A stretch of DNA of 64,000 nucleotides. Origin: Phallusia mammillata (lineage: Eukaryota). Within the stretch, counting starts at the first letter, position 1; every line of letters starts with the position of its first letter. Below the pieces are notes generated by a model. It saw only the letters and a list, made by a program, of their open reading frames with translations, did no database searches and was not told the origin of the DNA. A program made the translations under genes and the position numbers. Below, piece after piece: positions 50,101-61,720 of the stretch. The stretch covers positions 682,001 through 746,000 of the forward strand of contig OZ281494.1 of the NCBI GenBank assembly GCA_965637545.1, given 5' to 3'.

Positions 50101-53100
50101 AATACAATATGCGAAAAACAGTTTTTCACCAAGTTTAGTAGACGTCCTGTGGACCACCCAAAAACTCTTCGTAGACCACTAGTGGTCTATGGACCACGAG
50201 CTAAGAACCACTGGTTTAGACAAACAAAATACTCGTTTTCCATTAACTCCGTGGCAGATTTGATTTTGTCAATCAATGAATATTTGCCACATAACAAACT
50301 CAACTCTTCCTTTTTCCACCAAGCCAGTAAGCATTACGATGATGTTGGAGTTTTCCTGCCAAACCATCAACCAGAAATCGTTGATTGTCTCCTTCTTCGG
50401 ACCCTGAGTGGCGATGAACTTCCTCGCGTTATCGTAACCCGGTATATAAGCGGCGTTGATGTAATCATTTTCACCGCTTCCTTGCAAAACTACTCGGGCA
50501 TGATCGTCTATTGAACAAACGCCATTAATACTGAGATTCATTACACCTGCAGAAGTGTTACAACAAACATCCACTGTAGCCAATAAGGTATCACATTAAA
50601 CTAATACAAGTAAAATAGCAAAACCAACTATCCTAATAAAAATAATAAAAACAAAACAAAAAATGAGGATGTGAATTGTGTTATGTCGCGGAAACAAATG
50701 TGCAACAGCTATGCCAGTAATAAATCAAGGGATTTACAACACAACAAAGTGACTTTTCCCGAGACTTTGATCAATAGGAAATCAGCCAATTTCATATACT
50801 AATTTGTTAAACTCATTTGTATTTTGTATTTCAATACTTACAAGGGAAAATATTCTTGTAGCGGTTTCTTACAGCATTTTGCGGCAATTGTGACACGTCC
50901 CTTGTTCTCTGGTTGTTTTTGCTTTGGTTTTCGACTTCCTGAAATGGTTAAATCCAGTGAAAGGAGTTTTCAAGGTTTGATTGTTTTCTTGTTGAATTGC
51001 TTGGACGTAAATGTTGATTATAGTTTTCTCTAACCTTAAATTCGTTGACAAATAGTAGTCCTGACTCAACATTTTTCTTGAACACTTCAAACAATTTGGT
51101 GACTCTGCAGTTTTTTGAGGGGACAACAGAAGGAGATAGATTTTCGTATATCACGGGTCCTGTTGAAACCATTATGTACATTTCAGCATGGCTCTATGGT
51201 ATTGTTTTCATCAATTTTGTGAAACTCTATTAGTTAATTAGCAACTTTCGATAGAGAAAGTTACCTGCGGGTGACATTTGCGATGAAAATTCCACGTGTG
51301 AAGGCGGATCTTTATTATTTCTGCAAAAGCAGAACAGCTTTGAGTTAAACTTTTTTAGTTGGTCATGTTTCTATTTAATTGTTCTAAATTTCAGTTCTGA
51401 ATAATTCGTGATCTAAATTTCAGTCGGTGGTAAAAATTTGGTTACCGGGCATCATGAGCAGAAGAATTTTGTCCAAAATGTTTTGATCAAAAATATCTAA
51501 AACATATTTATGTTTTGTGAGCCAAATTAGTTAATGACAAACCTGTTTCGACGTTTAATCATAACCACCAGCACAGCAATGACAAGTACCAGAAGCAACA
51601 GCCCGATCACCAGACCAGCAATCATTCCAACACTAGTCCCAGGATTTGTTCCAGGATAACAGTTTGGAGGGGGATTTCCCAGAGTTGTTACTGTCAGATT
51701 TGATGTGATGTTTGTGTTGATTGAACCAGTGACTATGGATGTAATCTGTGATACAAAAAAATAATTTCAGTTTAATTTTCAACAAAACGATTTTTAAGAT
51801 TTTTTTCTGTTTATTTTTGCTTGGTCAAATATGAAAGAGAACAAGTCCTTACCAATATTTCATACAAAGTAGAGTGAAGGAGATCTTCTATCATAGTTGA
51901 TTTATTGCAATAAGGAACAGAGATTGTTTGATTCAAACCCTGGCCTTCAATTTCAACCTGTATGTAATTTGGATGCAATGATGAATTTAGTTTTTTTTTC
52001 AGCAAAATTGTCACACTTTCAGGTTTGTTTATCAAACAATGAAGACTCAAAAAACAACAACAAAGAGTTTCCAATAGACCTGCGCTAACAGATCGTTGTT
52101 GATGAGGAATTGATCAAGTCCAGTCCACCTGACAAGCACATTTGAAGCGTTGCATGGAAATGTCTCTGCAGTCGAGTTTACTGGAATGAAAAATTTACTG
52201 TTTCTGTTTTACAAAACTTGCAGTAATTCAACAAATATTGCAGGCGTTTTAAATATCGTGTTTGTTAATCACTTGTCTGCATTTCATATGTCTGTTTAAT
52301 TTTACGAAAAATGTTACCTGCAGGATAGCAGCTTTGCGGGGGAATACCCGGAGTTGTTACTGTCACATTAGATGTGATGTTTGTGTTGATTGATCCAGTG
52401 ACAATTACTGTGACCTGAAAGACATCAAACACGTAACTAGTCTTGTAGGTTTCACCTTAAATGTGTTAAATCAACTCTCAATGGAAAAAAATTCACCTGA
52501 ATCTCGTACAACGTTGAGTGACTGAGATCTTCTATTAAGGCCGAATCGCTAAAGTACGGAACTGAAGTTGATTGGTTTAAACCCTCGATGTTTATCTGAA
52601 CCTGCATGTAGTTTGGTTACAAATATTTGTTTGAGAAACACACAAACTTGCTGTCAACCTCCGCCACGAGCTCGTTGTTGTTGATGAATTGATCAAGTCC
52701 AGTCCAACTGACAAGCACAGTTGAAGCGTTGCATGGAAATGTCTCTGCAGTCGTAATTACTGCAATACATAATAATAAGCCACTGATTATGGATTGCAAA
52801 GTTAGAGAAACACTTTGCCTGTTTCTTACAAATTGGGGTCGCTAAATACTTAAAAAATTGCATCAGTGTTTACCTTCAGGGTAACAACTTGAAGGGGGAT
52901 TACCCGGTGTTGTTACTGTTGCATTGGATGTGATGTTTGTGTTGATTGAACCAGTAACAATCACTATGACCTGAAATCACAAACATACCTTTTGTTTATG
53001 TACATGTTACGTTCCGGTTTCCGGAAAAGTTTATTAACGTTATTTTTCTGCTAAAACAGTGATTACTCAATTAACAAAAACACAGGCGACAGGCTTTTAC

Positions 53101-56100
53101 CTCAATGACATACGAAGTAGAGTGAGTGAGATCTTGTATTGTTGTGGAGTAGTCAAAATACGGAGCAGAGACTGTTTGATTTAAACCGTCCACTTGAATT
53201 TCAACCTGCATGTATACTGACATCAAATAACCGTTTAGCCACATACAAACTTGGTTTATACCAGAGCTGTTAGATTGTTGTTGTTGATGAATTGATCAAG
53301 TCCAGTCCAACTGACAAGCACAGTTGAAGCGTTGCATGGAAAAGTCTCGACAGTCGTGTTTACTGCAATGCAAATAGGAAAGAAACATTGTGTCTGGTTT
53401 TTAAAGTTTGTGTTTGCTAACATAGTTTGCTCGCTTCTTCGGAATTGTTGTTGCGAAACACTGGTATGAACTATGATTATTTTCCATACCTTCAGTGCAA
53501 CACTAAACCAAATTACGTTTGGTTTCTGCAAAAATTTTTACCTTTAGGGTAACAACTTTGGGGGGGATTGCCCGGAGTTGTTACTGTCAGATTGGATGTG
53601 ATGTTTGTGTTGATTGAACCAGTGATAATTACTGTGACCTGAAATACTCAAATTACGTAAATACATTCCGATAAAAAAGTAGTTGATTGTAAATAAAAGG
53701 TGTCCTGCAACTACTTCGATTAACTCAAATAGGAAAAAAGTGTTTTCACCTGAATTTCATAGAATGTTGAATACTCTAGACCTTCTATTAAAGTCGAATT
53801 GTCAGAATATGGAACAGAGATTGTGTCACTTAAACCCTCGACTTGAATCACAACCTGTTTTAGTTTCGTTTTAAATGGTGGTTTAACAAACACAAACTCG
53901 GTTTAAACCTGCGCTGTTAGATTGTTTTCGTTGATGAATTGATCAAGTCCAGTCCAGCTGACAAGTACAGTTGTAGCGTTGCACGGAAATGTCTCTGTAG
54001 TCGCGTTTACTACAAAAAGGTGTTGTTAAAGTTTAAAATTCAAATTTCACAGGTGACTTGTTTGCTTACATGGAGGATAGCAACTCGATGAGGGATTTCC
54101 ATACGTTGTTACTGATGTGGAAGTTGAGACGTTGGCGTTTATGCATCCAGTCAGCATTGTAGTAACCTGTTTTTATGTTTTCTAGTTAAGCTATTTTTGA
54201 TTAAAGTATTTTGAAACTGTTTTCGTGTCCGTTATTTTCTGGGTAAATTAGAAAACTAGGTTGTAGTCCAATAACTTAATTTATATTTAGGTATACTACA
54301 GGTTAGAACATTCTGTGCAAATATAATAGTACAATAGCACTTGTCGAAGCGTAATCATGTTTTGTACAAAAATTCTGGCTCTGATTTTTTTTTGTTATTG
54401 AGCTGGCCATTCATACTCAACAATTAAATTTCAATAAATTGTGTTAAAATACTTTCAAACACACTTTACCTCAAAATTATATTGTGTTACAAAACTTAGG
54501 TTTCCAATGGTTGTTGATAGATTTGCATACGGTGCCATAATTCTTCGGTTGAGCTCCAAAACATAAATCTCAACCTAAATACAACATTTACAAAATGTTC
54601 AAATCGGGGATATTAGAAAAACGATTGCGGTATTGCAACTCTACAGAACAGTGATTGTCGAAGGCCTCTGGATTGTGCCAACCTCTTCCTCATAGCTGAT
54701 GTACTATCTCCATTCTCGAAGATTTGTTTCAGTATTGAAGCGATATTTAAGAATAAATTAACATGCAGCTCTGAGTCCATTAAAACAGAGCATTTGTTTA
54801 TTCGCAGGAACTTGCTTTAGCCTCGCTTGACCCCTCCAAACACAGCTCCTATCATAGTTGTGGACAAAACTTACGTAATTTAAATTGGGTAAACAAAACG
54901 TCTTGACAGATCCGCTGGGTGGAGCTCTGTAGCGAATCTACATACCCGCGATTGTGCCTTTTTCTCGCATTATCTCTTTGATCGTGTTTGTCGCGCGTAA
55001 AGTGTTGTTCTTTTTTAATTTTGCCTATAAACACCGAACTCTCGCCATTACGGTATATAATCTGTTACCTCTGCGAGTAGATCATAGCTTTCGATAAACT
55101 GATCAAATCCAGTCCAATTGACCACCACAGTTGAAGCGTTGCATATATATTTATCCACAGAAGCTGTGACTTAAAAGTAAATCATCTGGTCAAATGTCTA
55201 TTTCGAAAGAAAATCAAATTAGATTTCAAAATTTCAAATTAGCTATAATATTACCAGGGAACATCGCAACATAATAGACGCTGAGTTTCAAATAAAGCAA
55301 ATCAACTTAAACAGATTGTTTGAAGTTTGCTCTCAATTTCGAATCAATTAAATACTTACATTTTACTTGGCAAGCGTAGTACGCCGGTTCACCACTGCAT
55401 TGCAGGCTTGACTGCTCCCATCCGATCCCATAATGCAACGCTCCCTGCTGGCAAGTTGTAACGTTGGAAACGGAAAAGTTTGCTGGAGATCCGTCGCTCC
55501 AAAACCAACCATTTGACGACGTGTTGTAACGAGCTCCGATTAGAACGTTAATGTCTGAAACCATTTATGCGATGAATTTTTATGACACGAGCGACAGATT
55601 TTTATGGTTGCAAGTTTTTGAAACCAAACGCTCACCTGGTGCCAGGAACGATCCATTATAAGTTGTATAGGTTTCATACGTTTCGTTAACACTCCTCAAC
55701 TTGTTTGCACGTGGTTTCCGTTCATAATTGAATATATCTTTTTGGCGCTTGTTAATGTTAACATCGGAAAACAAGGAATACTGAAATATCCATGCTACAA
55801 ACGAATAGATAGCCTTATACAAGGTTTTGTTTTGACTAAAATAGGAATATATATGAAAAAAAAACGTGTAGGTTAGTGTGATGTAGATAGCAAACTCCTG
55901 AAAAATAAATGTTTAAAAACCGGTTGTTTCATGGAATTTTCGACTGCCGAACTTTTATTCGATGCTTGACACCATGACCACTTCACAACGCTGTTTGTTC
56001 TCCTGCTTTTGTTATTTTTTTGGTAACCACACAAGTGCTTATTAGCCCTCTGTTCACTTATATTCATGTAATAGTTCTAACGCTTTGTTACGGTCCTTAG

Positions 56101-57269
56101 GTACAAGATTCATTTTTGCGGTTGCCCAGTTACATTCCGCTATGTGGACATAATAGTCTTTTTTATTGTGCGTTGGTAAAGGTACTTGAAAACGTAACGT
56201 TGGTGGTGTGATATACTAGCAAGTGTTTAGCGCCGAGCATTTATTCTATATCGCTATCCTATGGTACAATCGGATTTACTCCACGTTGAATTCTCAAACC
56301 TATTTCTGCTGGTGTGGATATTGCTCAGTTCAGAATCAATAAAATCAATAAAGCGTGGAAAACGACTTGTTATTTCCATGTGTTAATGACCTCGCGTGCC
56401 AACCTTTTTTCAATATAACAATGGTTCGAGCCAGCTGATATCAATAATAAAAAGAAAGCAGAGCGTTTTGTGTATGTAAAGCTAAATTTTAAAAGTCGAA
56501 AGCCTTATTACTTACAGTGTATCTCACAATCTTCTCCAACAGTTACAATCCACCTCTCATCATTAGGACCACTTCCAAAATTGCAGAAGTAAATTTGTTG
56601 CATGGTGTTTGTAGTATTGCTATTTAACAAATTGCATGTTTTTATGATCAGGTGTGTTAATGTCAAAATCTATTACCTCTTATACAAGTCGAAATACCAC
56701 AGATGTCCGAGTATTTCAGAACTATTCCAACCTTCTTCAATCGAATTAAATGAGTATTTGTAATACGTGTTGTAAAAAATATAAATTCTCTGCAAATCTG
56801 AAACGATGTTTGTTTACTAATTTTTATCACGAGTATCAAAATGAAATGTGCAGCCATGAGTAAGGTCGTTGATGCAATAATGATTTAATTTTTAAAACCT
56901 TTTTTGTTTAATAAGTTTCTTTTCAGATTTGGAGAATACCAGTTGGGGTACTTTCATCTGCCCAAACCTGTCGTGTATTTGTCAGTCATGAGTTGATTAA
57001 GAGTTGTGTTGATCTGTGGGTCATCAGTCATTGCAAGATTTCCACCCAGCAAAGAACATTTCTTCTGTGCATTGTTTGCATCCACAAGATCGTCAGATAA
57101 CATCAACACACTGTCCTCCACTGCTTGCATGGTTTTGTTACAATCTGACAAAGAAATGAATGAATGTCATAGCGTTGCTGTGATTGTTTACAGTATTCTA
57201 CTTCTTACTTGCAGCTGATGACCATTGCGCAAGCAGCATCACGAAAAACGCCACAGTCCTGTTTATCAT
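47127..57269 (-). CDS. Paralog E: complete receptor-type PTP with five FN3-like repeats, about 36 exons
   Basis: Signal exon 57209-57269 ([20 protein letters not shown]); CTLD exon 1 56968-57144; insert exons ~56677-56797, 56516-56619, 55637-55792; CTLD exon 5 ~55359-55553; five FN3 triplets ~51545-55170; [30 protein letters not shown]1 has [38 protein letters not shown]2 has VVCSNGSTR and ends FDTYSNFQ* at 47127. Confidence 0.9.
49805..50213. mobile_element. hAT-type MITE (409 bp) in a D1 intron of paralog E
   Basis: Ends CAGTGGTTCTCAAC...GCTAAGAACCACTG; flanks TTCTAGAC / GTTTAGAC (6/8 match); GGACCAC subterminal repeats and palindrome TAGACCACTAGTGGTCTA. Confidence 0.85.
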
Positions 57270-59769
57270 GTTAAAAAGTTCTGTGCTTCCAATGGTTTTT
57301 TATTCATGCAACAAACGACTAATGAAATAAATGACACCACGAATTAAACTGAAAATTACTACTAACTTTAAAACAGCCCAATTACATTAAACTGTTTCGC
57401 GTCAAAATAAAACGTCAGATATAAGAAATATCTGGTGCAAATTAACCGGCTAGTTTCAATTGTCTACTACCATAGTGACGCTCATTGTATGCGAAATCCT
57501 TCTGACAAAATAAAAATCCAAATGAACAGATGAAACTCGATTTTAAAGCTGTCCACGTACCGTTGCACCCACAGAAACGAAAGTGATTTGGCATTTTCCG
57601 ATGTTCGCATTGACGTTGTCTGTTTACCGACTTGTTTAATCGCGTGTGACCTACCGCAAACATTATGATGGCGAGTGATAAATCTTTACTGAAGCTAAAA
57701 ATAACGGGTTCGTTTCACTTTACGACCTAAAAGCTCGTATTGTGTTTTGGCCAACGTTTGTTTCGTTATTCATTAGCATCAGATAAACAATCGTAAAAGC
57801 AAGTCTGCACACGACAGATTTTTCTTTCCTTTTACAAAATACTTTCCTTTGTTGGAAGTCTACGAACATCACGTATTAAGTAGCATGAATTAGATACAGA
57901 AACAATGTAAAATGTAAAACGATTCAACGTGAAACAGTCATTATTTTATCTTTTACAAAATACGAATCAAGCATTTAAACGTGAACAAGAACAACCAAAA
58001 ATGCTCGAATATTCCAATACATTTTTCTTCATAACTTTACAAACTCTTGCTTAAAATATTTGCTATTTAATAGAAACTATGCTTGTTACTCCTGGTATGA
58101 GTGCAGTTTGCTATGCGAATTAAAATTCGACATTGCTAAAGCTTGCATAATTGATTTTCTATGATGTGAATTTAAATATGATGCTAATGAGAAAAAATCT
58201 TTCGCCTTATAGCTATTTTACACATGTTTTGACTTTGAACACCGCAGAGAAACGCAGGTGGTTTTCTGATTCGGCCATTGACGTTGCTTGTTTATTGACT
58301 GCTCCAACTTAGTTTGTTGGCTTTGTACAAACAATTTGTTGCTGAGTAATAATTTTTTACAGCAGCCGTTACTGATTTTTGTTGAACTAGTGCTGCATGG
58401 CTTTCAGCCTTTTATACTCAATGTGCTCAATGTAGTTAATGTGGCATATTTCAATGCGGCATATTATTGTCACCAGCATGCAGAGGTTGCTTATCATTTA
58501 TTGCTTTAGTGCTTTTGTAACTTAACACTCCTGCTTATGATGCATACGTGGATACTCGAAACTTGATTACTCGTTTAAAGTGTGGTCCTGAGCGCTTTTT
58601 TCGTTTTAGGTTTTGCACCGTTGCGAGGCAGCGATCAATTGTAAAATGCAAAACCAAATGTTTTTGTTTGACTCGAATCACAGATCACATGAAAAACAAT
58701 AACTTCCCAAGCCACTCTAGACTGGTTCTTTGCTGCTAGCCTAACTGAACCAATCTCCATGATAAAATTGACAACAGCAGTTGGTTGTATTGTAACTAAA
58801 TGTGTCATATATGTTTGCTAAAATGATAAAACTGTTTTCTGTTGTTTTTTGCACCACCAATCTTTTAACACTTGAATGACCTAAAAGTCTTGTATGATAA
58901 GCTTCACAACATAAAATACAGCTTTAGAAGGGCAAATGTTGGAAGTGCTTTCAAAGGTAATAAAAAAAAAAAAAAAAAAAAAAAATAAAGGTAATATGGG
59001 AATTATGTTTCTGGTTCGAATACTGAAAAACTGTTTTGAAGTGCTTAAAAGAAACGTAAAATGAACTAAATAAAACATACAAGACGTAAAAAGGCAAAAC
59101 GCAATGGTCAAATTTGACAAAATTACTTTATGGTTTCGTATGTATGGTAAAAGAGATTCTTCACACTTCATACGTTGCAAATATTAATTATTTGTTTCTA
59201 TCCGCACCAGTGGTCTATGTGGCTATAGTTTGAATGTCAGTTGTGCATAGCCTTTGTTTGTGTTCATATCGTGGTCGTATATTCAAAAACCACATTTCCC
59301 TTTTCATTCTTACTGTTCTTTGCACCAACTTTACTGCTTTTTTTGAATCGACGTCGACTAACTAGGCCATCAAAGCGTGCGAGTTTGCGCAAAGGCTGAC
59401 GTCAACCTTATGCAATCAATACATCGTTGGCACAAAGGTTGGTCAGAGCGCGAATGTGTAACAATGCGCAAACACAACTTCTAAAATCCGTAACTTAATG
59501 TACGTGTGTACTGGAATGTTTATTTTTAAAATTATGACGTCAAGCTCTACACACCATTCGGGGTAATTAGTTGTTTTTAACACATTTGTCGTTCATTTGG
59601 TGTAATGTTAAGCATAATACTAGTTGTTTTCAGAAACTTATATTTTTGCTGACATTTCTCTCACCAGAACGGTAGGACTGCGAGTAATGAATAATATCTT
59701 GCGAGCACACAGACAAAAATGCGGATAACTATTATATCCAATTGTTGGTGGGGAAGTTGGACGCAATAA

Positions 59770-60200
59770 ACGGCAGAAAACTGGGTTTAGGCCTTTGTCA
59801 TCTATGTGATTTTGGACCTTCGCATTTGAGTTCATACATCAACTTTCAAAGACCAACCTCTTCAACCTATTGAGTTCCTGTTTCAAAATTTGGGCATCTT
59901 CCCAATTAATGCAGTGATCAAATTCCAAAACTTGTTCGCAAAATGCAGACTTTTTAGCTTCGATATTCCTGACAGCCACTTCGTGTTCTTTGAGGCGTGA
60001 ATTTAGATTCCGCTTGGTTTGGTCAACCATATCGCAAACACGGCAAGGCACCTGGCAAATAACTCCTGTACGATGTTGTGGTATCTTTTTGTTTTGGTAG
60101 TATTTGCCCAATTTTTTCAAGAGGTTTCATTTCCACGTTTACTCCAGCATCGTTCAATATAAAACCTCGATAAAGACTTAACGCGGGTTTATGGATATAC
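59770..60200 (-). mobile_element. Degenerate Penelope-like element (GIY-YIG endonuclease region)
   Basis: LNDAGVNVEMKPL..QILPKQKD, then after a frameshift GVICQVPCRVCDMVDQTKRNLNSRLKEH..KSAFCEQ..HCINWEDAQIL..KRLVFES. The YIG residues are deleted and stops are present. Confidence 0.85.
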
Positions 60201-60954
60201 TTGTTACACGCCTCTAAGTTTTACAGCTGGCTGTGTGCAGTTAATCAACGCCACCACGAGACAAGGCCACTCATACCAACCAACATTTACGTCATAAGGC
60301 ACTTTGAGTTAGCTGAATCGAAACAAATGCGAGCATTTAGGGTTGTCGCTAACCAATAAAGACCGCATTCGGTCGCGGGGCAGACATTTTTACTCAACAA
60401 CAAACAAACGCTTTGAGTAAATTCTTAGAAAGAAACGTATTAAGTGGTTGGTGACAATCTGCCAAACTCCCATTCAACAAAACCTTTTTCCAACACAATA
60501 CTTTTGTTTTCATGCAAATGCGTTTTTTTTCTCAGCCGCTCGGAAGACTAAATCTGAAATTATAAGCGGCATCTAAATTGGGGCCCAAATATAAAACTAC
60601 AAGCCTGATTCCGAATTTGTTCAAATTAAACCTGCCTACCTTCGATTAACTACCTAAAGTTGGAAATTTAGAAGTGAAAAAAGTCCGAAATAGCTATTGT
60701 GCGAACTTTTGTCGAAAACGGGATGACCGCGTTTTTTGTTGTGATTTCTTTGTAAATCGCTGCTTTCATTTTCCAGAACCCATCTCAACTTTGCCTAACC
60801 TGAAACGCAGTTTTGTCCTGAATCGATCCCAGCATAGAGTTACACAAAGCGAAGTTACTTGTGGGCTAGCACAAAGTACAAACAAACGAACAACTTTAGT
60901 TTTGCAGATTTCTAATTTATTTTGTTTAACAATTTGTTTGTTTAACAACCAACG

Positions 60955-61040
60955 CCAGGCCCATTGAAGGCGCCACACCGAATCAGCCGGTCAGGCATTC
61001 ACAACCACATGGAAAGGCGTAGGCTAAAACAATCTAGGTG
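60955..61040 (-). mobile_element. Partial SINE body, inverted relative to the copy at 61209
   Basis: GCCAGGCCCATTGAAGGCG..CCGAATCAGCCGGTC is the reverse complement of the SINE body at ~61330-61375. Confidence 0.7.
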
Positions 61041-61208
61041 GGATCGCTGGTCTGCATAGACACTTCAGGGCTGCTCCCAGTAATGAGTTTATGTTCATCT
61101 TAACTGATACTGGTCAATCTGGTGATCCCCTACTACGAAGCTGAAATGTGCAGCGTACGAGGCACGCAACGGTGCTTGTGATTCGACTTTCGGCGGACTC
61201 CCCACTGA

Positions 61209-61470
61209 GCCTGCGTAGCTGAGTTGGTAGAGCGCAAACCCCGGAAAGACTCCAGTCGTGGGTTCGCATCCCACCGCAGGTTGTATGTTTCTAGCCTACA
61301 GTATGCCTTGTCATGTGGTGGCGAATGCTTGCCGACCGGCTGATTCGGTTTAACGCCTTTAATAGGCCTCGCGTACTGTGATTTATACATGAGTTTGCCG
61401 TGATCGCTGGTCTGCATAGACGCTTCAGGGCGGATCCCACTAACGAATTTTTGTTCATCTAAACTGAAAC
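61209..61470 (+). mobile_element. tRNA-derived SINE (tRNA-like head 61209-61281)
   Basis: A-box TAGCTGAGTTGG, B-box GGTTCGCATCC, 7-bp acceptor stem GCCTGCG/CGCAGGT and T-stem GTGGG/CCCAC, but no paired anticodon arm. Followed by a body also found at 29870 and 60955. Confidence 0.8.
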
Positions 61471-61537
61471 AGATTTATTAATGAAAATGCAGCAGTTTTG
61501 ACAGTTTCAACTACAGCTTGGCACGGTTTTTACCAAC

Positions 61538-61720
61538 CTGTTGTGTATTTGTCTGTCATGAGTTGAGTTCGAGTTGTGTTATTCTGTGGGTCATCAGTCA
61601 TTGCAAGATTTCCACCAACCAACCAACATCTCTCCTGTGCAGTGCAGTCTGGTGAATCCACAAGATCATCAGATAATATCAACAAACTGACCTTCACTGC
61701 TTTCATTGTGTTGTGGCCAT
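61538..61720 (-). pseudogene. F: isolated CTLD exon 1 homologue
   Basis: 183-nt phase 1-1 exon ([43 protein letters not shown]) with AG/GT sites. First Cys lost, 6-nt insertion. No downstream family exons before paralog E. Confidence 0.75.

Noticed and set aside
61209-61281. Functional tRNA gene
   Set aside because: The anticodon arm does not pair, and the head is attached to a repeated body, so it is a SINE head.
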